Positions 11,783-25,020 of a stretch of 64,000 nt of DNA are shown here, in pieces. Below the pieces are notes generated by a model. It worked only from the letters and a program-made list of their open reading frames with translations. It ran no database searches and was not told the DNA's origin. The translations under genes and the position numbers were made by a program. Every line of letters begins with the position of its first letter. The first letter of the stretch is position 1. This DNA comes from Felis catus (taxonomy: Eukaryota), in NCBI RefSeq assembly GCF_018350175.1, contig NC_058373.1:109742001-109806000 (forward strand). The letters run 5' to 3'.

Positions 11783-12033
11783 CCTCTCTCTCTCAAAAAT
11801 AAAAAATAAAAAGGGCGCCTGGGTGGATCAGTGGGTTAAGCGTCCAACTTCAGCTCAGGTCATGATCTCACGGTTCGTGTGTTCAAGCCCTGTGCTGGGA
11901 TCTGTGCTGACAGCTCAGAGCCTGGAGCCTGCTTCAGATTCTGTGTCTCCCTCTCTCTTTGCCTCTCTCCCACTTGTGCTCTCTCTTTCAAAAAATGAAT
12001 AAACATTAAAAAATAATAGTAATAAATAAAAAA
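11076..12033 (+). mobile_element. Cluster of four Can-SINEs (11076-11320; 11335-11812 interrupted by 11473-11681; 11813-12033)
   Basis: Four heads and tails with recognisable target-site duplications. Confidence 0.92.
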
Positions 12034-12527
12034 ACGCATTATACTTTCAGAATTAAGTCCCCCTAGAATACACCTACACGAGGAAAGACAGTGCAGTGAC
12101 CTACCAAACATGAAAATAAGCCTTATTCTTAGCAAATGGTTCTTCAATAGGTTATTTTTACTGTGTCCTTTAAAACACCAAAGCCAGGTTTTAGAAAATG
12201 AATGTTGCATCTAGGGTTCTTTCTCATCTCTCCATTATAGAGAGAGGACATTGTTTTTAAGATATTAATAGAGTAAAATCTATGAACATAGAGTAAATTA
12301 CTGCTAAAATGTTCTAAAAGGGCAAGACAACCAAAAAAGGGTGAAAACTTAAATACTTAAATCTGAACGTGCTGTTATTAAAACAAAATAAACCAATAAG
12401 GACAATATATACAACATATACAATCTTGGGTCGTACTGGCAATCGTATCTGCGAACATACGTATAGCAAGTTAGTTCACTTTCATGTGCACTATTTAATT
12501 TGAACCTTAACTCTGTAGATACATAGT

Positions 12528-12755
12528 ATTTTTTTTTAAATTTTTTCAACGTTTATTTATTTTTGAGAGACGAGAGAGACACAGTGTGAGCAGGGGAGGG
12601 GGAGAGAGAGAGGGAGGGAGACACAGAATCCAAAGCAGGCTCCAGGCTTGAAGCTGGCAGCACAGAGCCCGAAGCGGGGCTTGAACTCATGGTCTGCGAG
12701 ATCATGACATGAACCGAAGTCGGACGCTTAACCGACTGAGCCAGCCGGGGGCCCC
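12528..12755 (-). mobile_element. Can-SINE inserted in a MIR region
   Basis: Consensus SINE text on the minus strand. Confidence 0.9.
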
Positions 12756-15524
12756 ATTATACACAGTAATTCTAATTTATAAATATGAAACGCGAGGATC
12801 AGAAAACTTATCCAGTGTCACACAGCCAGTAACTAATAGAACCACAATGTAAGCCCAGTTCTTCCAAGGGCCAGACCTTTTTACACTGTACCAAGTTGCC
12901 TCTTTAAGTCCTTGGTTGCTAATGATTTGTCGAAAGAATTGAATATAAAGGTGCTGCTTTCCCCATCTTGCAGAAGGAGAGATTGATAAGATACAGAGGT
13001 TAAATGTCTTACACAAGATCTTAAAGAAAAGAAAGTGGAAACAATGGGCCAAGTCTTCAATCAGCAGCAGCATGGTCTCCCGTTTACTGAACATTAATGA
13101 GCCAGAAACTATGGCAGACAATTTGTACGTATTAACCTCACAACACGTTGGTGGAGGTACTTTTGCCCCATTTTACAGATGCGGACTAAGATACAGAAAG
13201 TTTAGTTTCTTTTCAAGGTTATACATCTAGTAAGTGGAAGGAGTTAAAACTAGAAGAAAGGTCCTGAAATTCTGAACTATTCTACTTCCTGCCCCACTGG
13301 AAATCTATACAATCAGGTCTGTATACAGTGCTGTGTAGCATATACAGAAAACATGAAGGCTTTCCACACTCATTTCCCTTGATAATTGTCTCTCTCCAAA
13401 ATAACAAAGAACCCCTCATTCTGTCTTGGTGAAAAGCTGGTAGAGTTGGGTTGCAGTATGGACCCAAGTCAACCTTCTTCATGAGAGATTTTTTTTTTTT
13501 TTTTGAGTTTAGGCTTAAGGAGCTTTGAAAACAAGAATAATGGCAGTAATCACCTCAAGTAGTTGAAACTGTTCTGTTTGATGGTTTTTCTAAGTCAAGA
13601 AAGCATATAATCTCAGATTTGGAAAGTTAGTGACTCGGTTAACAAACCAGTTGGGAACTGGAACAAAGTATTTATGAAAAAGTAGTTTTGAAAAACAAGC
13701 ATTGGAAAAGACTCCTTCAAAGTATAAAATTCTAGCTGTCTTCACCTTTCAAAGAAAACTGTTTATAATTAACTAAAAGTCACTGGTTTCATAGGCAGAC
13801 TATGACAAGTGCCCCACCTCAAGAGAAAGCCTCATCGTCATGATGGTTAGCACATTTCAATAGCCCTTTCAAACACTTAATATAGGAGAACTTTCCTAAC
13901 CAAGTCTTCATAAATGCATTTAATCGTTCCCTAATGCATTCATTCTAAACATTTAAGTACCCTGGGGAAATTCAAATCTGAGTAAGACATAATAAGTACT
14001 ATCTCTCTGGTGTATTTATAAGAAGTTATAATCAAGGGCTAATTATTATGGAAGCCCAGAGCCAGTGTAAAATCTTGTGATCAGGAGGGGAAAATAGAAA
14101 AAAAAAAAAAAAGGGAAAAAGAGGAAATGATATTTAAGCTGAACTTTGTTTGGGACACTCAGAATTCTCATTCCCTCCTGGCTTGGCACCCTGTTTGCTT
14201 TTGTTTGTTTGTTTGTTTAAGGCATTCTTTACTATGGACCAGGAACTATCCAAAGTGAGTCACACAAATTATTTTCATTTAATTAATAAGTGCTCCACCA
14301 GAATTGAATTCTTCCTTCCATCCCTCCTTGGCTTCCCCCCGTACACCTTCAGAGCTGGGATCCTTCTCTGTGTGCTGGGATGTTGAGGAACAGGGCAGAA
14401 TCCATGCTTCTCAGTTGAGTCAGAACAGCAGGAGCCTTACCAGGGACTTATGGGAACCCGTGTAAGCAAAGGCGGGGAATTGTTGGAATTCTGGGCAGGG
14501 ATTCAGTTAGCCTCAGCAAGCAGGGACTAGCAGCAGGACGGGAAAACCCTGAGGTCTTTTTTTGCTTTCTGTCTTTTGCTGTGATTGTGCTCCATTTTTT
14601 TTTTTTTTTTTTCCTCACACTGAAGAGGGCCCTTCTCTGAGGGACAGGCCATGTGGTACAAAATGGCAGATCAAGCTCTCACGTTTGCATTGTCTTTATT
14701 TCAGAGAGCAGCTGAGATCTCTAGTAGGGTTCCCTGCTCTGACCAAGGGCCCAGCTTAGGTCAGGGACCTATGCCTATTCCAGTCAGCTGTGGTCTGGCT
14801 ATCAGCCATGTTGCATAAAATGAATGTTGGGGGCTCTCTGCTGTTTCCATGGGTTTGGGGGAAGAAAAAGAAGAGAAGGAGCCATTGCCCCAAAATAACA
14901 CCCAATGGTTGTCTACTTACAACATCTTTATTTCTTCAAGTTAAATTTATAATAATAGAATTAACGAACCTAAGAATATGAACATTTTTAAGTTCTTGAT
15001 TAATTTCTGCCACTTTGCCAACACTATTACTTCCTTTCTCATCCTGTCCAAATGTACAGGCCAAATATTTGAAACTAAGTATCATTTTCATCTTTTCAAT
15101 CACAGAGCTGGAATAGTTAAAATATTTTCCACGCATCTAATAGTCATTTATGTCTATTTTTCCACAGTTATCTATTGGAGTTCTTTGTTTCTCTTGTAGT
15201 TTTAGTGCTTTTGTGGTTCACTTAGATGAATTTTTTACGTATTGATTTTACATAGAGAAGTATACCATAATTCCTTGGAGATGTCTTTCATTTTTAATTG
15301 CTAAGCAAAACTCTTAAAAAAAGTCTTTCCCTCAAAAATTCTACCTCCTGAAAATTTTCTAAACAAGAACACTTCTAAGGTTCACCAGGGGTGTTTAATG
15401 CATAATTTTAATAACAAAAAATAGAAAGCACCGAAGAATGTATCAATCGAGGTGTAGTAAAATTACGGCATATTCGTGCCATGGAATCTTATATAGCAAT
15501 TAAATATGAGGGAGATGTGTATGT

Positions 15525-15728
15525 ATTTTTTTTAAGTTTATTTATTTATTTTGAGAGGCAGACAGAGCATGGGAGGGGCAGGGATAGGAAGAGACAGAAT
15601 CCCAAGTAGGCTCCACGCTATTATTCAAGGAGCCCAATGAGGGGCTCAAATTCACAAACCATGAGATCATGACCTGGGCTGAGATCAAGAGTCAGATGCT
15701 TAAACCAACTGAGCCTCCCAGGCGCCCT
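15525..15728 (-). mobile_element. Can-SINE
   Basis: Consensus text; TSD-like TGTATGTATTT / TATATGTATTT. Confidence 0.88.
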
Positions 15729-16362
15729 GTATATGTATTTATATGGAGAGGTATCTATGGTATTAAGTGAAAAAAAAAATAAGAATTACAAAATTATTTG
15801 TAAAGCAGTACCCTATTGTATTGGAAAAAACACGATGTATGAAATATATAGATATCTAGAAAAGGTAAATATCCAGAAGAAGTCTGGAAGGATGTACTTA
15901 GAATTGTTAGCAGTGAACTCCTTTGGTCACGGTTGGAAGTAGTGATTAAATTATATATTCAGATATTGTTTTAATTTTTTAGAAAGAATATATATTACCT
16001 TTAAATTTTATTTCACAAAACATCTTAGACTTACAATTCCTCCAGAATGAGGAATATAACATCTAACCATGGCACCTACCACCGAGTTCTAGAAATAAAT
16101 ACCAGCACAGTGAAAGCATCTTGTGTAAACTTTTCCATCCTATTCCTCTTTCTCACAGGTTACCATGACCCTAAATCTGGTGTTTTTTAATCCCATGATA
16201 TCATACTTTTACATAACTTATACTAAATATGTACAGGTTATGCTTTTACTAAATATGTACACATTCCTAAGGAGCATGTAGTACCTTTTTGATATATTTT
16301 AGGCTTGTATATAATTGGTATGTTATCTTCTGTAACTTATTTTTTCACTCAACATGATGTGC

Positions 16363-16570
16363 TTTTTTTTTTTTTTGATGTTTATTTATTTTTGAGAGAG
16401 AGAAAGAGAGCACAAGCAGGGAAGGGACAGAGAGAGAGAGACAGAGAGGATCTGAAGCAGGTTCCATACTGACAGCAGAGAGCCAGATGAGGGGGTTGAA
16501 CTCATGAATCACATGATCATGACCCCAGTTGAAGTCGGATGCTTAACTGACTGAGCCACCCAGGTGCCCC
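16363..16570 (-). mobile_element. Can-SINE within an old L1 fragment
   Basis: Consensus text; TSD-like ATGATGTG on both sides. Confidence 0.88.
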
Positions 16571-17147
16571 AGAATGATGTGTTTTTAATTTAACCATGTG
16601 GATATGGATCCTTTAGACTATCCCCTTTCACTGCTACATAGTATTCCATTTCCAAATGCTCTGCAGTTTGTTCATATTGCTTTGTGATGGTTGGATTGTT
16701 TCCAGCATTTTACTATTTTGAACAGTGGTGCTGAGAACATTCCTAGGCACATCTCTTTGTGTATGGTTTCTCAAGTTTGTATGTCATATCCAGAAGTGGA
16801 ACCAGGTTGTAGGGTATGTGCTTCTTCAAATTCACAAGATCAGGGCAAATTGCTTTCCTATATGATTGTACCGATTTACAGTCCCACCAGCAGCATATCA
16901 GAGATTCTGTCATTCTCAAAACTTCTTACCTATTCAGAGTGCAGACACTTATCTATACATATTGGCTTCTAATTTTTGTTTTATTTGTCTCTTACACTGA
17001 ACTGTTCAATTGAACTTGAATTAATTTTGCTATAATGTGTGAAATGGGAACCTAAATTGATTTTTTTTTAAATAAATAACCAATTTTCCCACCATCGTTC
17101 ATTGACAAGGCAGGTCATTTTTCATGATACTTTTAAATCTTTTTCTT

Positions 17148-17367
17148 TTTAAATTTTTTTTTCAGCGTTTTTATTTATTTTTGGGACAGAGAGAGACAGA
17201 GCATGAACGGGGGAGGGGCAGAGAGAGAGGGAGACACAGAATCGGAAACAGGCTCCAGGCTCCGAGCCATCAGCCCAGAGCCCGACGCGGGGCTCAAACT
17301 CACGGACCGCGAGATCGTGACCTGGCTGAAGTCGGACGCCTAACCGACTGCGCCACCCAGGCGCCCC
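17148..17367 (-). mobile_element. Young felid Can-SINE
   Basis: CpGs retained; perfect 14-bp TSD TAAATCTTTTTCTT (17134-17147 and 17368-17381). Confidence 0.95.
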
Positions 17368-18384
17368 TAAATCTTTTTCTTACTTATTCTCACCCGATGG
17401 TTCATCTGGTTGAATTTCAGTGTCATTTTGTAGAGTACCCTAAATAACCTATTGAGATTTTATTGTAGAATTATTTGGGTCTAAAACTCCCATTCAACAG
17501 CTCATTCCTCTACTCTCAAACTGAAATGACTAAACCCCTCACTGCAGAAAATCAAATACCTTCCACCTGTTACTGAAGTCCCCTATTCTTTGTACCTGTT
17601 CTCATCTTCTAGGCTCATCCTTCCCGGCAGGCCAGTGTCCGCCTTGTCCACTAAATACTTTCCTTGTTGATTTTTTTTTTCCCTACAAACTTTGCGCATG
17701 AAGTTCTCTCCAATCAAGAATGCCAACCCTTCCTTCCATTCCCATCGTTTTGTTTATTCAAAACTTTCCTTCCATCAAGGGCCAGCTGGGGTCCCAGCTA
17801 CTCTAAGCATCCTAGTCAGAAGTTGGCCCACTAGCTTGCACTGCTATTCAGTTTTCTCCTATGTCTTATGTGGTCTCTCCAATTCTATGACCAAGTTAAC
17901 TGAAATAAGACAACGGGCGACCAGTGGAGTTTGTCTGGAGAGACGTCAGGAAGAACTGTTAACTGGTAAGAGGATCAGCAACCAGGTTAGGCAGAGAAAG
18001 TAACAGGACAAATGGAAAGAGAAGCTGGAGCTGGTGCCTCAACATTCCCACCATGCCCTGCTATGGAGGAAAAGAGTGGTGAAGCCAGAAAATAGGGAAA
18101 CCCAGCATCTGCAGTCAGAATGCCTTACATTTGCATAGCGCTTTAGGGTTTGCTAATTTACCCACACATCATCTTATTTAACACTTGCAAAACTTTGAAG
18201 TAGGTGACATAGCTCCATCTTACCAAGGTGGATGCTGGGGATTAGAGGTTAAATGCAAGCAAGTCCAAGGTCACACAGCTAGGAATTGGCAGTGTCAGCT
18301 CTGCAACCCCAGCCTTCTGGTTGACCCCAATCCGCCGCTCATTCTCTCGAATGCACAACTGCTTCCATGCTGTGTTAACTTTAA

Positions 18385-18763
18385 TTTTTTTTAATTTTAT
18401 TTTTAATTGTGGCAAAAAAAAAATCCCACCCAATATGAAATTTCCCTCTTAACCATTTTTTAAGGGTACAGTTTGATGAAGTTAACTCTAATGACATCAT
18501 TCTATAACTGATCTCTGGAAATCTTTCATCTTGTAAAACTCCAAGTCTACAGCCATCCAGCAACAGTTCTCCATGTGTCCCTTCCTCCAGCCCCTGACAA
18601 CCACCATGCCACTTTCTGTTCCCATGATCTTGATTACTGTAGATATCTCATTTAAGTGGAATCATACAGTATTTGTCCTTCCGTGACTGGCTTATTTCAC
18701 TCAGGTTCACCCATGTTGTAGCATGTGTCAGAATTTCTTCTTTTTTAAGGCTGAATAATATTC

Positions 18764-18810
<47 letters not shown>

Positions 18811-19010
18811 CCACATCTTCTTTATCTGTTCACTTGTCCATGGACATTTGGGCTGCTTCTACCCCTGGCAACTGGGTAATGTTGCACTGAACACGGACGT
18901 GCAGATATCTCTTTGAGATCCTGCTTTCAATTCTTTTGGATATATACCCAGAATGGGATTGACAGATGATGTGATAGATAATTCTGTATTTAATTTTTTG
19001 AGGAACCGTA
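18385..19010 (-). mobile_element. Old LINE-1 3' fragment containing (TG)n at 18767-18807
   Basis: Antisense L1 3' end text (GTGGAATCATACAGTATTTGTCCTT..., TTTTTTAAGGCTGAATAATATTCC). Confidence 0.85.
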
Positions 19011-19105
19011 TTAACTTCTAAACAAACATCCTCATTCTCATAAACTCTACCACATTATGTTAACAGACAGCATATCGCCTTTCCTCTAATTAAGTGAAAA
19101 ATATC

Positions 19106-19326
19106 AGGGGTGCCTGAGTGGTTCAGTCAGTTAACAGTCCCACTCTTGACTTTAGCTCAGGTCACGATCTCATGGTTTGTGAGTTCAAGCCCTGCATCCA
19201 GCTCTGTGCTGACAGCATGGAGCCTGCTTGGGATTCTCTCTCACCCTCTCTTGCTGCCCCTCCCTGCTCTCTCTCTTTCTCTTTCTAAACAAACAAACAA
19301 ACAAACTTAAAAAAAAAAAAAGAAAA
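19106..19326 (+). mobile_element. Can-SINE
   Basis: Consensus text; (AAAC)n/poly(A) tail. Confidence 0.9.
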
Positions 19327-19667
19327 TAGCAGTCATGCTTGTATGTAACCATTAAAATATGTTTAAACTTCTTACTTAAGATGAGTCAATTACAATATTG
19401 GCAACTTTTGATGCTTCCATTTCCTCCCAGTCTCAGTTAACAAGCTCTTCTCCACTTTTACCCCCACCTCACCCCAGACCCCCCGTTATCAGGGGCACTA
19501 GATGAGAGGATTCATGATGGAAGGACCTCTGTTGTTTAATACTGTACTTCAAGTAACTAGCACAGTGTCTGGCATATCATAAGCCTTCAAAATATGGTTC
19601 AATGAATGGAATGAGTGCATGAATAAAAGACCATGTTGCTGGGTGTAGTCAAGAAAAAAATTGAACT

Positions 19668-19890
19668 AGGGGCACCTGGGTGGCTCAGTCGGTTAAGTGT
19701 CTGACTTTGGCTCAGGTTCTCAAGATCTTGTGGTTCTCAAGATCAGGTTCTCATGATCTTGTGGTTCACGAGTTCGAGCCCCGCGTCGGGAGCCTGGAGC
19801 CTGCTTCCAATTCTGTGACTTCCTCTCTCTCTGACCCTCCCCCCATTCATGCTCTGTTTCTGTCTCAAAAATAAATAAACGTTAAAAAAA
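19668..19890 (+). mobile_element. Can-SINE with internal duplication and deletion
   Basis: Consensus head; repeated GGTTCTCA(A/T)GATC units at 19714-19760; TSD-like AAAATTGAACT. Confidence 0.88.
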
Positions 19891-20999
19891 TTTTTTTTAA
19901 AAATTGAACTTGCCCCTAGAAGTGGGTGTTGTCATTGATAAGAGGGAATAGTTTAGCACTTCTTGTTCCAGCAAGTAGGAACTAAAACATTCATGGCAAA
20001 GAGACATTCGATGACAGGAATTTCACCAGAAGGATGATACCATCTCTAAGATATATTCAGACTAATGCTCTGATGGTAACACAGGATCATACCAACCATG
20101 AGGGTTTGGAGAGCTTGGGAAACCCTTGGAATTCTAATAAGGTCTTACTGGATTAATAGGACAGAGCTCTAGGTAGAAAAAGCCAAGAGAGGGTGTTAAT
20201 AGTGCAGGACGGTTATTTCTCTTCGTTTCTGCCAGACAGCATGGACGCTGGTTAGAGAACATTGGCAGCAAAAGCACTGTCACACCAAGTGGAAGATTTC
20301 CTGCTGACCAGCTTGCTGCACATTAGGCTGACTGATGCCCTCTAATGAGGAGAGGGGTGTGGGAGTGAAGAGAGGGTTAAACAAACTGAGAACAGCTATT
20401 GTGTCTCATAAAGAAAGCAAGCTCTCCTCCAAAGGCCGCTATCCATACGTCTTTGGACTTGATGCACAACCTTATGAAAGGAACTGGAGGAAATGGGATT
20501 ATGCCGAATCAGTAAAAATTAAATCTAGACCTAACAAAAAAATGCATGAACTTTTAAAGGATAGAGGCCCTAGAACCTCTAGGTTCAGTGGAAATTATGC
20601 TCTGCACATATCTGAAGAGTGAATGAAATGTAAGCCCTCTTCCATTCAAATGAGGAGATGGAATTCAAGTGAAAAGTATCTTCTAATAGGCATGGCTCCC
20701 AAAAGAGATGAAAGGGAAGGTCAGGTTGCCTGGTGATTATGTGAAATCTTTTCGCATTCTCTTAGTCATGAATTTAAATTCACACTGCCAGATCAATATG
20801 GTAAATAGTGAGACCTTGTTTAGATATTGCTTTATTATTTGTTTTAATGTCTATTTATTTTTGAGAGAGAGAGTGTGCCCCTATATATTGCTTTATAGAG
20901 GAATCAGCACGGTTTAATGGAAACCTGCTAATCTCAGGTCAAAAGACTTAAGTTCTGACACTGGTATTGCTTTGACTGTATTGGCCTTTCAGAAAAGTA

Positions 21000-21886
21000 T
21001 CAGTTTTCATGGTCTCCACCGACAACTTCCAGGAGAACGATACAAAGCTGATCATGTTATTTCCCAACATAAAATTGTTCATGGGCACCCATCACCTACA
21101 GGCAAACTCTGAACCCACCTCTGGCTAGTAAATTCCTTCATTATTTGACTCCTACTTACCTAAACAGCTTAACTTATATCATTTCCCCCCTCTATCCGTG
21201 TCAAGCAATAATGAACGATATGTATTTCCTCAAGGTATACCACACTCATTCAGGCTTTCTCTGCTTGAATGCCCTTCTCCCTTTTTTTTTCTTTTTTTAA
21301 TTTGGCTAACTTCTATTCAACATGCCTTAAATGCCACTACTCAGACTTTCTTCTTAGAACTCCTATGTGTCCACTGACCCTTGTCTATACTGCCATAATG
21401 ACAATTGTATTATGATTAGTAATTTCCATGCCTGCCTTCCCATTAGACTCTTCCCCCACCACCATAAAAGTGATATATTTTATCACATAAATTCAAACAA
21501 ACTATAGAGGGTAAGGGGCGCCTGAGTGGCTCAGTCAGTTAAGCTCCTGACTCTTGATTTTGGTTCAGGTCATGATCTCATGGTTCGTGAGATCAAGCCC
21601 TGCTTTGGGCTCTGCACTGACAGCATGGAGCCTGCTCGGGATTCTGTCTCTCCCCATCTCTCTCCTCCTCCCTCGCTCACGTTCACACACTCTCTCTCTC
21701 TCAAAAAATAAAAAGAACAAAAAAACCATTTTTTTAAAAGAAAGTGAAAGGCCCCCTCAAAACCTACTCCCCAAGACAGTTCTTATTAACAAAAGAGCAG
21801 GAACCACAAGTTTCCTGTGAATTTTCAGAACATAGCAGTGCCAGGCACATAAGGGGCCTCAATAAATAGAGCTAAATGAATGAATC
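21000..21886 (+). mobile_element. L2 3' fragment interrupted by a Can-SINE (21515-21735)
   Basis: L2 terminus GTGCCAGGCACATAAGGGGCCTCAATAAATAG...TGAATGAAT. Confidence 0.6.
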
Positions 21887-22099
21887 TCTAAAATGAAGAC
21901 GGCATAACTGGCTGTACCAGCCAACAGTGTATTATGGTGATGGAATCACGCAGGATAATGAATATGAAAGTTCTTTGAACACTGGAAAGCATAACGCAAG
22001 TACAAAATGGTGTGAAAAAATGACTAATGACTCTGGACTTCATTTTATCCGGCTCCTTGTTTTCAATGATGCTGCTGCTGCTGATAAAAAATAATAATA

Positions 22100-22330
22100 A
22101 TAACACTTATGGTGCAATTTTCATGTCTGAAGCACTGTCCTAAGTGCTTTACATATATTAACTCATTTAATTCTTATAAGACTATTAATTTCCCCACTTT
22201 TTCAGATGAGGAAGCCAAGTACAGAACGTTATGTAACTTGCCCTCCAAAACCGCAGAGGCAAAGAGTAATACAGTCAGGATTTAACCCAGGGAACCTGGC
22301 AGCTGGATCCACACTCTTAACCACATCACC
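22100..22330 (-). mobile_element. MIR SINE
   Basis: CTAAGTGCTTTACATATATTAACTCATTTAATTCT...TTTCAGATGAGGAAGCC core. Confidence 0.8.
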
Positions 22331-22377
22331 TGGTGCCTCCTATAAACAACCCTGACGTCATTAACAGGAGCCAGTTA

Positions 22378-22480
22378 CCTCCCCCTCTCCTCTTTCTCCT
22401 CCTCCTCCTCCTCCTCCTCCTCCTCCTCCTCCTTCTTCCCCTTCCCCTTGCCCTCCTCCTTCTCCTCCTCCTTCTTCCTC
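22378..22480. repeat. (TCC)n / pyrimidine-rich simple repeat
   Basis: Visible TCC trinucleotide run. Confidence 0.9.
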
Positions 22481-24811
22481 AGTTTAAATTTTGTTGATTT
22501 GAAATACCAAATACAGGGAAGCAAACGTAAAACATTTAACATTGTTTTAATTGTTATCATGACCAGGAAAACACCTTCTTTCTCAAAATGTATATATACT
22601 TGTTCTGTCACCACGAATAGATCTCCTTGACTTGGTCTTCCCTACGGTGCTCATTTGTGGCATTCTATCCAGTCCTACTAAACTCTACCACGTTTTCCAC
22701 ATTGCTCCTCATGGTACGTTAACACATCTTAAGAACTGTGATTTAGTTGCTTTGCCAATAAAGTACCCCGTACCATACTTAAAGTAGTTTATGTGACATC
22801 TATCATTCTGTGGGCTAAGGACCGAAACTAAGAGTAACATATATGACTTACTTCCATAAGCAAATACCTGAGCCACCAAAATGCCAGCAAGGATGAAAGT
22901 AGTACAGAATACTCGTCTTCAGGCACGAGTCGAAGTAGGCTGCCACTGACCTCACAAAGCTGACACTGCTTCTTGGGCCAGTTGTAGAGTCAGAAGTAAC
23001 TTTACCTCTGTCAACCTCTGTTTCCTCATATGTAAAATGGGTATATTGATGGCTCCTATTTCACTGAGTTGTTTGTGAGGATTATCTCCAAGTCTGCATC
23101 AGGGAGCCAAGCCAGGAAGGGGATCAAACCTAGAGCCCAGGGCCAGTGACTGATCACATTGCAACAGATGCAGCAGTAAAGGAAAACAAAAAGACCGCAT
23201 GGGGGCAGAGCACGGTAATCCTCATCTAGGAGGAGCTCAGCATCTATTAATGAGCGTATTTGCCGGCAGATGGATGCTGAGAATCAGCACTCAGGCCTTT
23301 TCAATCCAAGACTCTGTGGCCAAGTAAGCAGGTTGTTGTGAAGAGAAAGGGCATTCGCAAGACGGGACACCGCCTTCTTTTTAATTCAGTTCTTTGGCTT
23401 TGGTCAATACTAATGGCAGGAAGCTGATGGCTACGTACACCAGACAGAACAGACAGAAATGGAAACGAAACGTGTAATAGCAGAGGCATGTGTGTTGAGT
23501 CCTGTGGAAGCAGGGAGAGAACTGCCCTGGCAGGTGCCTACAGATAGTGCGTGGATCTGGAACAGCCTTCAAGGCTGGTAGAACACTCAATCCAACTTTA
23601 AAAGGAATTGCCAGGCAGAGTGCTACGGCTCCATCCAGCCAAGAGGCAGTACAATGACGCCAGGCTCAGGACGCTGTGGGAATCAGAGCTACTGAGGGTC
23701 TCCAGGGAAAAGACCACTTGGTTAAACCCCCTGTTTGGATCTCATTCAACTCCTGGGCCAAGCTGCATTATTTGTAAAGCCCCTAAGGCTATATGGAGCT
23801 TTTCCTCTGTCCTAGAGAAGAGAAATGAAGGCACAGATGGCAACTTCATACAGTCTACTTTAATCAACGAGGGAAGTTACTGGAACAAAAAAAAAAAAAA
23901 AAAAAAACCAGACTCAAGTTAAATTAATGCAGCATTGCCCCTAGGCTAGGTACTAAAGACAGAAGGTAGAAAACTGACAAATGTGCTGTTAACTAGAAAT
24001 GAGTAGCTAAAAACTAACCAAGAAGTTTTTCCAAGGCAGTCTTGTAAATGTCAGAGAAAAGAATGGGCCTTTAAGAGGCAAGAGCTCCTTAAAGCCCACA
24101 ACTGCAGGGTGAGTCAACGGTGGGGCCTTGAAGTGGCACCGAGGAGAGCTTCTTTAGAATAATAATATTAACCACGTTGGCCACACCTCGTGGTACGGAG
24201 TCTAGACAACAGCTCAGGGAAACATTGTCCTCAGAATTAAAACAGTGAGAAATCAAGACATAATAGATGCAGGGAGCCATCTGCAGAGGTAAATCACCCT
24301 AAGAAACGTTTCAGGAATGTGTTTGCACAGAAACTTGGGAAGGACCGGAGTCCGATGCTCAGGACGAAAATTAAGCACGTATCTTATGCCTCTGCGCTTT
24401 TGCACATGTTGTTCCTTCTGACCATGTTATCTTCTGTTGCTCTTTTTTCCCTTTCTCTAGACTATCGGGTAAACTAGTTTTCATTCAAAATACATTCCGG
24501 GCATCATCTTCTCTTAACCTGTGCTCAGAACAGAATGGTTTCCTCCTTCCTAGTTTGCACTCTGTTCATATTTCTATTGTTATTATTTTGAAACTCTGTG
24601 TCTCTTAGCACATCGCAGACTCTTGGAGGACAGAGATCAAACCTCTTTCTCCAGCATCGTCCACTACAGTGCCCAGCCCAACAGATATGTATCTCAGCTG
24701 ATCAAATGAGTGGGCCAGGAGAGGGGAGGAAAGATATGTCTCCTCTAGGACTGGTGCACAGGAATCTTTGGCATGCATCGGGAACTTCGGGGTGCGTCAG
24801 TATCTTTCTTC

Positions 24812-25020
24812 TAAGTTTATTTATTTATTCTGAGAGAAAGAAAGAGGAGAGGGAACATGAGGGGGCAGGGGGCAAAGAGAGAGGGAGAGACAGAATCCCA
24901 AGCAGGCTCTGTGCTGTCAGCTCGGAGCCCGATATGGGGCTTGAACCCACAAACTGTGAGATTATGACCTGAGCCGAGAGTAAGAGTCCAATGCTTACCC
25001 GACTGAGCCACCCAGGCGCC
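24812..25020 (-). mobile_element. Can-SINE
   Basis: Consensus text. Confidence 0.9.

Noticed and set aside
11076..12033. Recurring similar sequences that could suggest a CRISPR-like array, and the many MAQSVKRPTSAQV... ORFs
   Set aside because: Eukaryotic SINE copies; no constant repeat-spacer periodicity or cas genes; the ORFs are translations of the SINE consensus
22375..22614. Poly-Glu ORF
   Set aside because: Translation of a (TCC)n microsatellite; no splice or homology support
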